Shown here: piece after piece, positions 1 through 11,254 of the stretch
Position numbering within the stretch: position 1 is the first letter of the stretch
Layout of the letters: each line of letters starts with the position of its first letter
From: Gekko japonicus
Lineage: Eukaryota
Reading direction: 5' to 3'
DNA length: 64,000 nucleotides
Assembly: GCF_001447785.1 (NCBI RefSeq)
Contig: NW_015173156.1
Span: 141,857-205,856, forward strand
Notes under the pieces: generated by a model
The model's input: the letters and a program-made list of their open reading frames with translations, nothing else
Databases searched by the model: none
What the model was told of the DNA's origin: nothing
Position numbers and translations under genes: made by a program

Positions 1-633
1 ACCAGATGGCCCCAGAAGACCTACAAGCAGGGCACAGCAGTCAAATCCCTACTGTTGCCCTCCCGCACTGGAATTCATACGGTTACTGCCTCTGAACCTG
101 GAGGCTCCATTTCATTCTCCTCCTATGTTGCTGGGCTCCTTTAACAGACTCAGGAGCTATGCTGTAAAAGCTTGCATGCTGTCAACACGATGTGAGAAAA
201 GATCTAGCTGTATTTCTGATACACTAATGCTGGTATCTGGAGAACGGATGCCATGGGATCCTCCCATATGTCCTAAGGGGCTTCTCATAGTAACCTAGCA
301 GCATGGGAAGTGACTGTCCCACAACAGGTTCTCCACTGCTTGTGCAAGATAAAAAGATAGCAACATACGCATCAGTGAAAGAGATATATACAGGCAGAAT
401 GTTTTTCTCCCAGCACTTACTAGGCATTTGGGGTTGTTTCCCCTTTGATAAATTAAGGAGAAGAGGAAGACCAATGGATTTAAATGTTTCATGGAAGGTG
501 ATTCCAGCAGGGACACCGTTGCAGTAACAACATCTCGTGTCTTGTAAAGTGAAATAATATGAAGCTAGGGCCAGCAGAGTGTAGTAGCCAGACTGTTGCA
601 CTAGGACCTGAGGGACCCAGGTTTCAGCCCCTG

Positions 634-800
634 CCCTGACTTGGATAACCCAGACTAGCCCAAAACCATCAGATCTCAGAAGTTAAGCAGGGTTAGCCTT
701 GGCTAGTATTTGGAAGGGAGACCTCCGAGGAATACTAGGGTCATGACACAGCAGCAGGCAATGGCAAACCACCTCTGAAACATCTCTTGCCTTACAAACA
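634..800 (+). mobile_element. 5S rRNA-derived SINE (SINE3) with RTE/BovB-like body, 3' truncated
   Basis: gatctcagaagttaagcagggttagccttggctagtatttggaagggagacc aligns to the 5S rRNA internal control region; followed by ggcaatggcaaaccacctctg...tcttgcctt (Bov-A/BovB-like). Confidence 0.75.
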
Positions 801-807
801 AGTCTAG

Positions 808-823
808 CTCCACCTAGTGGTGC
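808..823 (-). promoter_or_regulatory. CTCF-like motif
   Basis: Minus strand GCACCACTAGGTGGAG is close to the CTCF core CCACTAGGTGGCG; motif match only. Confidence 0.35.
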
Positions 824-2124
824 TAAACACTAAAGAGCTAGAACTTCTGGCTGCCAGACAATCTTAGATTCTCTTTTCTATTTTACACATAATGCATAAT
901 AATAATAATCATCATCATCATCATCATCCCAGCTCTGGGCCAGTCACACCTACCTCACAGGGTTATTGCAAGGATAAAATGGAGGAGAGGAGACTGACAT
1001 AACCCCTTTGGGTCCCCAGTAGGGAGAAAGGCAGGGCACAAATGAAGTAAATAAATTGAGTTTAGTTGCAGCTGATGCAACTGCTGAATGATTACCATGT
1101 GATTAGCACAATGAACTCCCCTCCTTTTTGTTTGTTTTTTTCTAGTAGAGCTCTGTGGACTTGGCAGAGCAACTGGACAACCGGACAAACCCTGTGGGAG
1201 CCCACGAGCCAGCACAGCTTTAAAATCCTCAATCTGCCATGCACTGAAACAGCAGAGCCGAGAGACTGGGAAGAGCAATTGCCTTCCTATGTTAATATAT
1301 TATATATACACCAGGCAAACGGCCAGCACAACAGATTAGATGGAAGCAGAACCGGGGGGGGGGAGTGTTTTCATGTTTTACTTTCAAAACAGTGACAAGC
1401 AAAGGCTGTGCACACAGACAGCACAGAGTCGGCTCATATTTTGTTTGGATCTGAATTCTGGTGGAGGGGAGGCACCCAAGTGCAGAGAGACATATCGATA
1501 TTTCGCAGGGGAAGCCATGAGTCTCTGTTGCGATGGGGGGGGGACAGGCCCAGGATTCTTACAGATGCAACTTGACAGTCTCATCAGACAATACAATCAC
1601 TGGACTGCCAAGAGCCCTTGCAGGCCCCCAAAGGTTACCCACTAGACCCCCTGCATGCCTCCCAAATCCAGTCTATGAAATCCAGGAAATTAAATGGCTT
1701 GCCCAATTCCACGGGTCCCTGAGGTGAACAGACCCCTCCAATTTTGTCCTTCTAGTGCCCTCCCCTTCAGTGGCCTTGGGGTGATCCAAATGGATCAATG
1801 ATTTTATATCTCCTACTCAAATGGCTGTCATTCACACATGGAGGAAATGTAACATGGGAATTGGAAACTCTATTGCATGGAGGTAACGTACATTCTCCAC
1901 TTCCTGACAGTAGCTGGCTTGGCCTCAATCACTTAGCAGTCCTCTCTGAAAGGCAGTTTCACTCTAGCAGTTTAGGCTGGTATTACTACCATCCACCCTC
2001 CATCTTTTCCTGAATATTTTGGTACAGTAAATGAATAACACATTTTGCTCTCTCCAAACCATCCCTGAATTAACCTAAATATGGCTGGTTATGAAGGTAG
2101 GCCATTCGACTAGATATGCTGATT

Positions 2125-2345
2125 GATTGATTCTCCATTTTTTCCCCAAATGGGATCAAAAGTGGCTTATAACATTGTTCTCTCGTCCTCAGCTTTATCT
2201 TTGCAAAAACATCCTTGTGAGGTAGTTTAGGCTGAGAAAGAGTGGCTGGGCCAAGGACACCCAGTAGGTTTCCATAATAGAGTGAAGATTTTAACCTGGG
2301 TCTTAGACATTCTTATCTGACCCTTTAACCACTACACCACACTGA
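2125..2345 (-). mobile_element. tRNA/CORE-type SINE (similar decayed copies at ~21430-21625, ~23615-23790, ~43790-43975)
   Basis: ccttgtgaggtagtttaggctgaga...tttaacctggg...taaccactacaccacactg is the reverse of the tRNA head plus CORE. Confidence 0.6.
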
Positions 2346-2914
2346 CTTATTAGTTAGAGTACATCAGACCTGGATCTGAATCCTGAAGGGTTTAAAGTTG
2401 CTTCATTAACCACAACTAATTTCAAGTATGGTGTGGGAATGAGGACATCATGGCTGAATCCTAACTTATCCTCGAACCCCACCCCTGCATGCTCCCTGGG
2501 CTAGAGAGATATCTCAGAATTCAAACCTCTTTCACCACTTCTTGCTAGCATCCTTCTTGACTGATGAAGCCAGCATTTCTCAAGACGATCAAGGATATGA
2601 GCTCTGTGAGCCCTTGGTTTCACAAACTAATCATAGTTAAAATAATAAACCAAGGTTTTGCATTATGTCTGAGCCAAACCTATGTGATTGGGGAAACTCC
2701 CTACCCCATACACGGCTACTGGGGGAAATGATCTCATCCCTTTAACAGAGGCTTGATGGGATATCATTTAACAGGTGATGTTATTTACCTCCAGGCCACA
2801 AAAGGTTCCAGCTGCCCACTTCCACACATTCAGCCTCTGTTTGCTGGCAACCCTCATGGGCACAGACATGTTCTCATAATGCACATTTAAATCCCTTTTG
2901 CCGCCATAAGGTAT

Positions 2915-3180
2915 GGTACAGGCTTAGATGGTTTTAGAAGGTCAATAGACACAAACATCCTTGCAGAATTATCCTTCACAGCTTAGCAGAACCTCTATAT
3001 TCAGAGGTAGTACGTCTCTGGATACCAGTTGCGAGGGGAGTGGGGACTAAGAGGAATGCCTGCTACTTTCCTGCACTGATTGTGGGCATCTCTGACAAGC
3101 TTAAATTTGAAAAAAATAAGATGCTGCCCTACATGGGTCTTGGTCTGATCCAGCCACACTCTTCATAATGTTCTTATGTA
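2915..3180 (+). mobile_element. CR1 LINE 3' end, decayed
   Basis: ggcttagatggttttagaagg ... tggtctgatccagc ... gttcttatg tail. Confidence 0.55.
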
Positions 3181-4049
3181 CTCAGACACTGGGGTGGGAT
3201 CCAACCAGCTTTTCCACTGGTGAAAAAATGGTCCTCTCTGTCCATCAAAAAGGTTATGCTGCAGATCATAGGAGCTACACGAACCAGAGGCATGGGCAAC
3301 AGGAACTACAGAAAAGACGGGGAGGTGAGATTGAATGAAAAATCAGCCAACCCCAAGAAACATATCCCATATCCTTTTTATTCTTTTCAAATGAGTCTCA
3401 GACTGTTAAAATCATTAAGCTCATGATTTTTAGATTTTATGTTTGGAAAGTGCGATGATGGAAAAGCTGCTAAAAAAGCACAGGGTAGCAAAGAGACCAC
3501 GGAGGGAGAAAAAATGGTCCATGATTAGCATTCTGTGATGCCGTCGGCTAGAGAATCTGTTGACAGAATGCAATCTGCAGTTAGCAGAGCAGAAAGCAGA
3601 AATATTACAATATTGACTACAAACACATCAGCTTTAAAAGAACCTGTGGGAGTGGATTTGGGGGGGGGGTATCATGGAAAAACGGAGTATTCAAATCATT
3701 TTAATTCTGTTGCATTGTATGAATGGATTCAGCATTTGGCTGTTCCCCTTACACTTTTGTTGAATGAGTGATGTGTGGGACTCAGCTTCTGTTAGCTCTT
3801 TAAGCTAACGGGGAGCATTAATCACAAGAGAAAATTTTCCCTATTGCTATTCTAAGTACCTAATTATTCGCTTCCATTGGGAGTTTGTGATTTGGTGCAG
3901 GCAAGCATCTTCCCTGTAGCCAGTGCTGCCCTTTCCAATCAAAAATCACTTGGAAGGACTGAAAGATGGAGTTGCTGAAGAGGACAACTAGTACCAAATG
4001 TATGGGTCAAGTGGATACGTTTAGAGGAGTGCAGAAGCAAGCACCAAAT

Positions 4050-4095
4050 CATAAGAACAGCCTGCTGGATCAGAGCAGTAGTCCATCTGGCCCAT

Positions 4096-4142
<47 letters not shown>

Positions 4143-4850
4143 TACCTTCGGACCAACCAATTAACCTGACTAGGGCCACATTATCTACAGGGTGGTGACT
4201 GCCTACCAGCACCCCGGGCTAGTTGTCATCCGGCTTCCTTCCACGGCTTCAGATATTGGCGTCCTGGTGCCCTTCCTGGAGCCGATCTTCCCCGAGCAGC
4301 TTCCTCTGACAGGTCTCGTCTTGGCGCGTGGCTCTGTGTTGGCTGCAGGTCCGGCTACTGTCCACAGGTGGCTCCGCTGTGCTGTGCCGCACGTCACCAT
4401 GCTCTCCAAGGCTCCACTTCTCCGGGATCCACCTCCGATGTTGCTCCACCAGGCCCAGTATTCTGTTTTGCACAGTAGCTAACCAGTTGCCCTGGAGGGC
4501 CAAACAAAAAGAGAACAGAGGTCACCCCATGCTTCCTCTGATGCTGCCTCCTGGTATTAACAGGTTTGTTACCTCTGTAGATGGAGGCTCCCTTCAGTCC
4601 ACATAAATAGTAGCCACTGATGACCCTTCATAAATCTGTCTAGTCCACTTTAAAGCTGTTCTTGTGGCTATCATTACATCATCTGGCAGTGAATTCCACA
4701 GTTTGATTACTCATTGAGTAAAGGAGTATTTCTTTTGTCAGTCCTGGACCTATTTCCCAACAATTTCATTGGGTGCCCCCAAGTTCTAGTGTTATAGAAA
4801 AAAGCTTCTTCTATCCACTGTCTCTACTCCACACATAATTTTATAAACCA
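4050..4850 (-). mobile_element. CR1 LINE 3' end, interrupted by the insert at 4095-4451
   Basis: cataagaacagcctgctggatcag... tail in reverse, resuming at ggcccagtattctg; ggcagtgaattccacag...agtatttcttttgtc is the reversed ORF2 end. Confidence 0.7.
4095..4451 (-). mobile_element. Unclassified retroposed insert with (TAAA)n tail and 6-bp TSD GGCCCA
   Basis: (TTTA)~12 at 4095-4143; GGCCCA at 4089-4094 and 4452-4457; the host CR1 reads through when the insert is removed. Confidence 0.7.
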
Positions 4851-6736
4851 AACCAGGCAATAATCAATCATCTCAAACACATTTACCCGAAGTAACACAT
4901 TAGCTTACCCCATTGCTTGTAATGATGTACACAGGGAGCAGGAATTGTGTTCCTTCCTCCAAAAGGGTGTCCCTCCCTTTCCCCAATCCAGGGATCAAAG
5001 AGAAGGGACTGCTGATTGGAAATGCTTTGAGGAACATCCACACCATATTAGACAGGGATTTCTGACAGGGAGGGGGAAATTGTGTTGTACCCCTTCAGTT
5101 TTTCCCCAGATTACATCAGTACCTCTTGAATTATGACACTCCAAGCATGGACCGCCTATTGCTCTGTGGACCAGCCCTGACTCCCTAGTATACATTTCCA
5201 AAATATACAAAGGCTTGGACTACACATGCAGCACAATGAGATGACAGAATTCTAAACTGGTAGAATGGGTTGTACCACGTCAAACTGCAGGTCAGACATT
5301 TTGAATGCTCATCCAAGTAAAAAGTCATTACAAATAAAATTTTAGCACTCAGAGCTACAGCCCAGAATGCCGGGCGAGTTTTCCCTTTGCATGGAATTGT
5401 TAATTTAGGGGATCCAAATTTAGGGGAACTCTGAAAAATGTACTCCTCCCCCTGTCTAAAGTGACACAGTCTATTCTACCACCTCAGCACTCTGTCACCT
5501 CATTCTGCACTTGGCCAGAACAAAGGGGCATAAATCTGTCAGATAAGCATCAGATCCCCCCCCCCTAAATCTTTTCACAATGCAACAGTGGACACTCCTT
5601 AGAGTGTAATTGGCCCCTACAAGTTTTCCAGCCCCACGGACCCCTTTTTGTTTTGCCTTACTCAGCAGAACCTCAGATCCAACGAGGGGACATCTTTTCT
5701 TTATGGCCAATGCATGGCGAGTCACCCAATGCCATCCCGTTATTTATCACGAAGGGGAGCCGTGCATGTTATGAAGTCAAGTTTATTTGCAACCTTGTGG
5801 CTTCCATCATGAAACGTTAATAAAATACATAAATAAATAGTTGGTGCATGTAACCCCTGTACAATGAAATGTCATCTCACAAAGTTTATGATCACATCTG
5901 ACAAAGCCTTGGGAGGGAAGAGAGTGACAGCTATGGTAGGTCTGGGGAAGATACTGTGGTTTTAGGAATTTGTGTTAAATCATGTTTATTCTGAAAATAT
6001 ATTGTTATATTACTTCAGTAATATTACAGTAAAGGCACATTCATAAAAATGACTCATTCTCGCTGCCAAAATCTGACAGGCAAAGAAGTAATAGATCACT
6101 GGCTTATATTCCCCCACATATAGCCTTGCTCTTTAGGAAAGTCTATAACTTTCTTCTTTTTTTCCTGCAGGAAAGATGTCAGGATCCAGCCCATGGGCTG
6201 GATTTAAGAGAGGGGGCCTTTTTATCCTCATGCAGTTTGTTTTCAGACTCTTGAGGCAACTATGTCCATGTCTGCCAAGGAACCTCCTCGCTTGTCTGCC
6301 ACAAAACCACTGGCCCTGCAGAAGTTTCTGGAACATATTCTGGGATGCACAGTTCACAGGGGATGCCATGCATACTAGCTGGGCCTCTTTGTTGCTTCTG
6401 CAAACCAAGAATATGCAAGTGCACTGCTGCACATTGCAGGGTAGCAGCAGGAGCAGCAGGTAAGTTGTTCTCTTGGGAAATTCATTCACCATTACTGAGC
6501 TTCTCATTCAGGTACCCCTGATAATGCCATGAGGAACCTCAGGGTTCCCTGTAGCAGACTTTCACATGTTTTAGTATGTGTATCCTAAGTCCTAACTGTA
6601 GTTTTTTCTATGCATCAGAGTGAGATTGGTTGCTGAGACTATGCAGCAAGTATTCCAGGAAATCCTAGAAAGCTTGGTATCAGAGTCTATGCTTTTCTAG
6701 GAGCAAGACTGCTAGTTTAGGATGGTTTGTGTTTGC

Positions 6737-6878
6737 ATAAATAAACATGTGAGTGTACCGCTGTGGAATTAAATTAGATGGAATGACCACTCTATACTAC
6801 TGTCATGGAACACACATAAATAAACATGTGAGTCTACTGCTGTGGAATTAAATTAGATGGAATGACCATTGCTATACT
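6737..6878. repeat. Tandem duplication, ~79-bp period x2
   Basis: cataaataaacatgtgagt...gctgtggaattaaattagatggaatgacca occurs twice. Confidence 0.9.
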
Positions 6879-7146
6879 GTTCCTCAGTGTGGGTTCTTTT
6901 TGAATCACTGTAGTTTCTGCTACAACAGAGCTATTAGTCTTTAAGGTGTTCCAGGTCTTTTGCTTTTGCTACAACAGGCTGAGTGACCCCACTGGAACGT
7001 GCATCAATATAAAAAACCTATTTGGTGAGTTTGAAGAAAATACAAGGTGGGGGGTTATGTTTTGTTTGGTGTTGTGGCGGTAGCAGAAGACAGTTGAAGG
7101 TGTCTAACTACCAGATCAAAGGACAACAAACCTTCCTAAAGGGACC

Positions 7147-7283
7147 TAGATATGTTAGCAGTATTCAGCGGCAAGCCGATTCAGATCAGAGAATCTGAAT
7201 GGGCCTGCAACAGCCTGAAAGAGGTCCGAATGGGCCATTTTCGGGGGTGCATTCGGTTCGGACGAACCGAATGCACATCCCTA
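7147..7283. mobile_element. hAT (TAGGGATG-type) non-autonomous remnant
   Basis: Right end ...ccgaatgcacatcccta; subterminal CCGAA/TTCGG repeats. Confidence 0.55.
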
Positions 7284-8014
7284 CTCACAACAATAAAACC
7301 AACTCTAATACAATAAAATCACTAACCCTTAAAACAAGATGACATTCTGAAAAACCATTTCCCAGTGTCCTGGTATGGTATAACAGTAGGGAGAAGAGAG
7401 GCCAGAGCCTATAAAAATTATTTTCCGATGGTACAGTTCATTGGTCTCAGATATATCCACAGTAGGCATTATAGTCCAGTGGCCCAACTATCTACAGCAA
7501 ATTATGGGAGGAGGGGGCAGATGGCATTTGACGTCCGCTGCCTCACCCAAAAGCATGGTGGAACAGCTCCATTTTACAGGCCCTGCGAAACTGTAAAAGA
7601 TCCCGCAGGGCCCTGATCTCTATTGGGCCTTTGGTCTGATCCTTCATGGCTCTTCTTACGGTCTGATGCTTTCTATTTCAAGCTCCCTCTAGTCACGTTT
7701 TCTCTGAGGTCTCATGAAATCTTGTTCAACATTTATGTAAATTACAATATCTAAGCTTGCATAAGCTATCTCTTCTGTAGATTGGGGAGGGTGTTAAAAC
7801 CACTAGTTTGTTTTTTGGTTTCACATTTTTTCTGCAAACCTGCTCCCCCAGAGTGATGAAACATCTCCCCTTTCTGCACCTGGCTCCATTGTGGATTTTT
7901 TGAGCCATGTTCTCAGGCCACGTATTAAAGAAGAGGCTCTTCCTGGCCAAAGCTGTGGCCTCTAAGCAGGTTTCGTCCCTACGAGCACTCTTTTTTACAA
8001 ATTAACTGATAGGG

Positions 8015-8400
8015 CAATGATCATCAAGATGGTCCCCATGGGTGCCATGCAGCCCCAAAATCTCTGGGAAACCCACTTCCTTCTTCTCCAAAGCATCTCT
8101 CCCCCAAAGTGAAGAGCCAGTCCTGATTTTTCTCCACCTCAAAGAAGCAGGAGGTGCTTCAGAAGAATCTAGGAGGCAACTTCCTTTGTGTCTGCATCCA
8201 TTTGGGAACAACTGCCTGCCTCCATTACACAAGAATACATAGTACAGATCAGCCCAACATCTTGTATCTGGCTCTTGTCCCCACGGTAGCCATTTTGTGG
8301 TTGCCTGCATCCCCCTATGCGAGAAACCATTTTCTGCACCCACAACCTGTTCTCAAAATTCCAATAATGCCCAGAGGCTCAACAAGATTGAGGAGCCCTG
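8015..8400. mobile_element. hAT MITE, decayed (related copy at ~18844-19170)
   Basis: Shares cccatgggt(g/a)ccatg ... gccattttgtgg ... tgccca(g/c)aggctcaa with the 18.8-kb copy. Confidence 0.5.
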
Positions 8401-9856
8401 TGGCAGGATGATGCCCTACGAACACCATGCTTCCTCTGATTCCTGCCATTGCTACAAGGGAACTATGACAATAGAAGGCACCTTTTCTCTTTTGTGTTCA
8501 CACAAAGAAGGTGAAGGTTTATTTAATATCTAAGGTGGAAGGAAGTGCTCATTTCTACAGTAGATGCAAACACAGTATACTACCTGTCAGGCCACAATTG
8601 GCGCATAAAGGATGCTAATAAGATTCAGTAGATTAGCTGTCCCCTTTGGGTAATTCCCAGATTGTCTCCTTCAGGCTCAGCCCCCCTCTGTTTTATGGTT
8701 ACCATTATATTCTTCATGCAAAAATAATGACTTCCTCTTCTGGCCATTTTACCGCTTAAAACAGATTAGATCCACGTAAGTAAGGCTGTGCAATTTCCAG
8801 GGCGGGGGGGTGGAGGAAAGGAAAGGAAAGGAAAGGAAAGACAGGCATCTTGGAAGTGCTTTCGTGCAACCGTTCAAAATCATGTGAAGGTCACCCACTT
8901 AGCTGTGATGTTATTTTTATCTCCTCAACAATGTATTTAGATTGGGCTGGTATTTCTGTGCCTCCTTCCCCAAGTCTGCTGTGTACGCGCTTCAAAAGCA
9001 AATGACGATGTAAAGGAGACAAGTAAAAGGCAGCTTGAACTATGAAGGGACTGCTCTTTGCTTCCACCCACCTCCCCTTGTGTGAATCCTCTGAAGATTC
9101 TGTGGCAGCTAAATTTGCGTGTATCTTGATAGTGCCTTCCCAAGGCCTTTCCGAGGGGACGATTTCTCCTCCTGATAACTTAATTCTATTCGATCACAGG
9201 GACATAAAGAAACTTCAGAGGAAGGGAAGCTTTCTCTAAGCAGCTGCCTTATGCATCTGTGGCAAAGAGACCTTTAAAGAGGGAAGGGGGTTGGGGAGGG
9301 GGAGTGTATCTAGCTTATCTCCTAATGCGCAGTATTCATGGACCCTGCAGTTATAGTGCAGATCCGGTCAGAAATGTTTATGTTGAATTTAAAAAATCAT
9401 CACAAGTGTCTTGCTCTTTCATAGAACCTCAGGGAAACAATCCAACCCTGAAATCTGTCTCGCAGGGCTGTTTTTTTCTTGTTCGTCCTCACATGGTTTG
9501 CTACTGTAAACACACAAGCACTCAACACACCGTGAATCCTGACCCTCTGTATGATACATTCCAGAAATCTTGCACATACACTTAAAAATATTATAAATGG
9601 ATTGTCCAGAAAAGTAATTCTCAGTTTTATAGAATGAAACATTTAACCAGAAAAGGGTCCATATGCAGTACAAGCAATGCGTCATTCATACCACTATTTT
9701 TCAGTCTTGGCTGTGAACTGTCTTTGTGTTTCCTGTTTATGAAAGCACGTGCACATTTATTACTTAAGTAATGTGTTTGTCCATTAGAACAAAAGGCATA
9801 GGAACAGTAAAATAATACATTTATTAGCACCATGTGATGTTTAGATGACTTGAGGG

Positions 9857-10234
9857 TGTCAGCAAGCTGCCAAATGTTTTCTACTTTCACTTTCATGCGC
9901 ATTCCTTTCCTTACGCTTAATTGCTTTGCAGCAGCAACATGTATCTCTCAAGGCCGCAGGAGGAGAGCCGCTGGATAAATTGCTTGGGTTATCGCACGGA
10001 GTTGTCGTGGGAAGAGTACCTGTTATGCTTATTAGTACCGTTAGTTTCTCAGGCCTAATGGCACGCGCGGGAACTCCCGCAATTGGGCCTCACCGGTTTG
10101 AATGCACTATAACCTGCCATGCTTTTTGATTTCATGTCATTCCTAACAGTGATCCTGTCAACGCACCTTCCGCTTCAATAAAAGTAAAACCTTTCTATAA
10201 GTGTGTACTTCGTTGTTGCTGTGGGGACCTGACA
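9857..10234 (+). mobile_element. Solo LTR (Gypsy/ERV-like), 378 bp
   Basis: TGTCAG...CTGACA termini; perfect 5-bp TSD GAGGG (9852-9856, 10235-10239); AATAAA near the 3' end; colinear similarity to 58091-58487. Confidence 0.9.
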
Positions 10235-10478
10235 GAGGGACTTCCACTGATCCCAGGGCACAGCAAAAAGCTTCTGTCAGTCGCCCCACTACCTGCTCTT
10301 GGCAGCTTGGCAGATCCTTCCTGGGGCATGGGACATGGGTTGCAGTTGGTTTCAGTCACTGATGTCATTGAAGCTCCACTGTTCGGTGGGGCAACCTGTG
10401 GTTGGTGGGCCACAGGGCCAGATTTCTGCTTGCATACCATGATGCTGATTTGTAGTGACATTGCCTATCTGAGGTCCA

Positions 10479-11063
10479 TTATGTGTCCCTTTCTTTTGGG
10501 GATCCAGAGCTATCTCCTTTTGACCGAAGCCCAGCAGAGATGGCTATCCTCCCACCCAAGTGCCAGGGGTGCAACCTGTGGGCTGCACCCAGAGATGAGA
10601 AGGAATGGGGGGACGCGTGGGAGGACAACCAGAAGCTGTGATTGTACTCCACCAGGTCCAGATCAAGGTGGCCCAGCAGAGGGAGGCTGAACTTCAGGAA
10701 GGCCAACTCATCCACCCTGGCCAGGTCCAGATGGAAGCTGTGGGGGCTGAGGATGTCTCCCAGGTAGGAGAACACCTGCTTGCTCTGTGCTCTGGTGGGA
10801 GGGCAAGAAAGGAGATAGATGGCCACACTAGCAAGGTCTGACCATATGACACTCTTGCATGCCCAGTACTCAAGGGGGTCAGAATTGGCAGTCTCAGGGG
10901 ACTCCATGAGGTACTGTCTGACCATCACCTTGACAGAATCCTCTGCCATCACATGCTTGGCCCCATCAGCAACTTGCCCGTCCCTTATCAGGCCACACAC
11001 TCTCCTCCCCCTCCTCCACCCCCCCCACTCCTGCTTGTCCTCCTCCTTTCCAGCTTCTTCCAT
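10479..11063 (-). pseudogene. hAT transposase fossil, C-terminal dimerisation (hATC) domain at ~10671-10946
   Basis: DPLEYWACKSVIWSDLASVAIYLLSCPPTRAQSKQVFSYLGDILSPHSFHLDLARVDELAFLKFSL matches the hATC pattern; SERxFS is altered to SKQVFS. Confidence 0.85.
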
Positions 11064-11254
11064 ATGCTGTTGCCTCTGACCATGTCCATGGCTCTGGAAC
11101 CTACATACCTCTCTGCAGAGGTCGTGCTTCCACTGAACAAACTGAGCATTATGGAGATGGTTTTCTATCCAATAAAGAAGCTATTTTCTTATGTCATGGA
11201 ACCTTGGTACCTTATCTTGTTGGCCTAAGGCAGCTGTTTAATCTGTCTGAGAAG

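Larger units (their letters stand above)
568..1058 (+). mobile_element. tRNA-derived CORE/Squam3-like SINE, split (head 568-632, body/tail 935-1058) by a 5S-SINE and other sequence
   Basis: tRNA-like head gggccagcagagtgtagtag...gacccaggtttcagccc; CORE-like ctacctcacagggttattgcaaggataaaatgg; taaataaa tail. Confidence 0.6.

Noticed and set aside
655-740. 5S rRNA gene (also 47095-47185)
   Set aside because: Partial and diverged, lacks the 5S 5' end, and is fused to a SINE body.
6171-6459. Plus-strand exon with strong acceptor, CAG|GTAAGT donor and an open frame
   Set aside because: Both splice sites fall in MITE-like remnants, and the peptide resembles no protein I recognise.
9900-10180. CpG-rich segment first read as a conserved enhancer or CpG island
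   Set aside because: It lies within a solo LTR with TG..CA ends, a TSD and a related copy at 58091.
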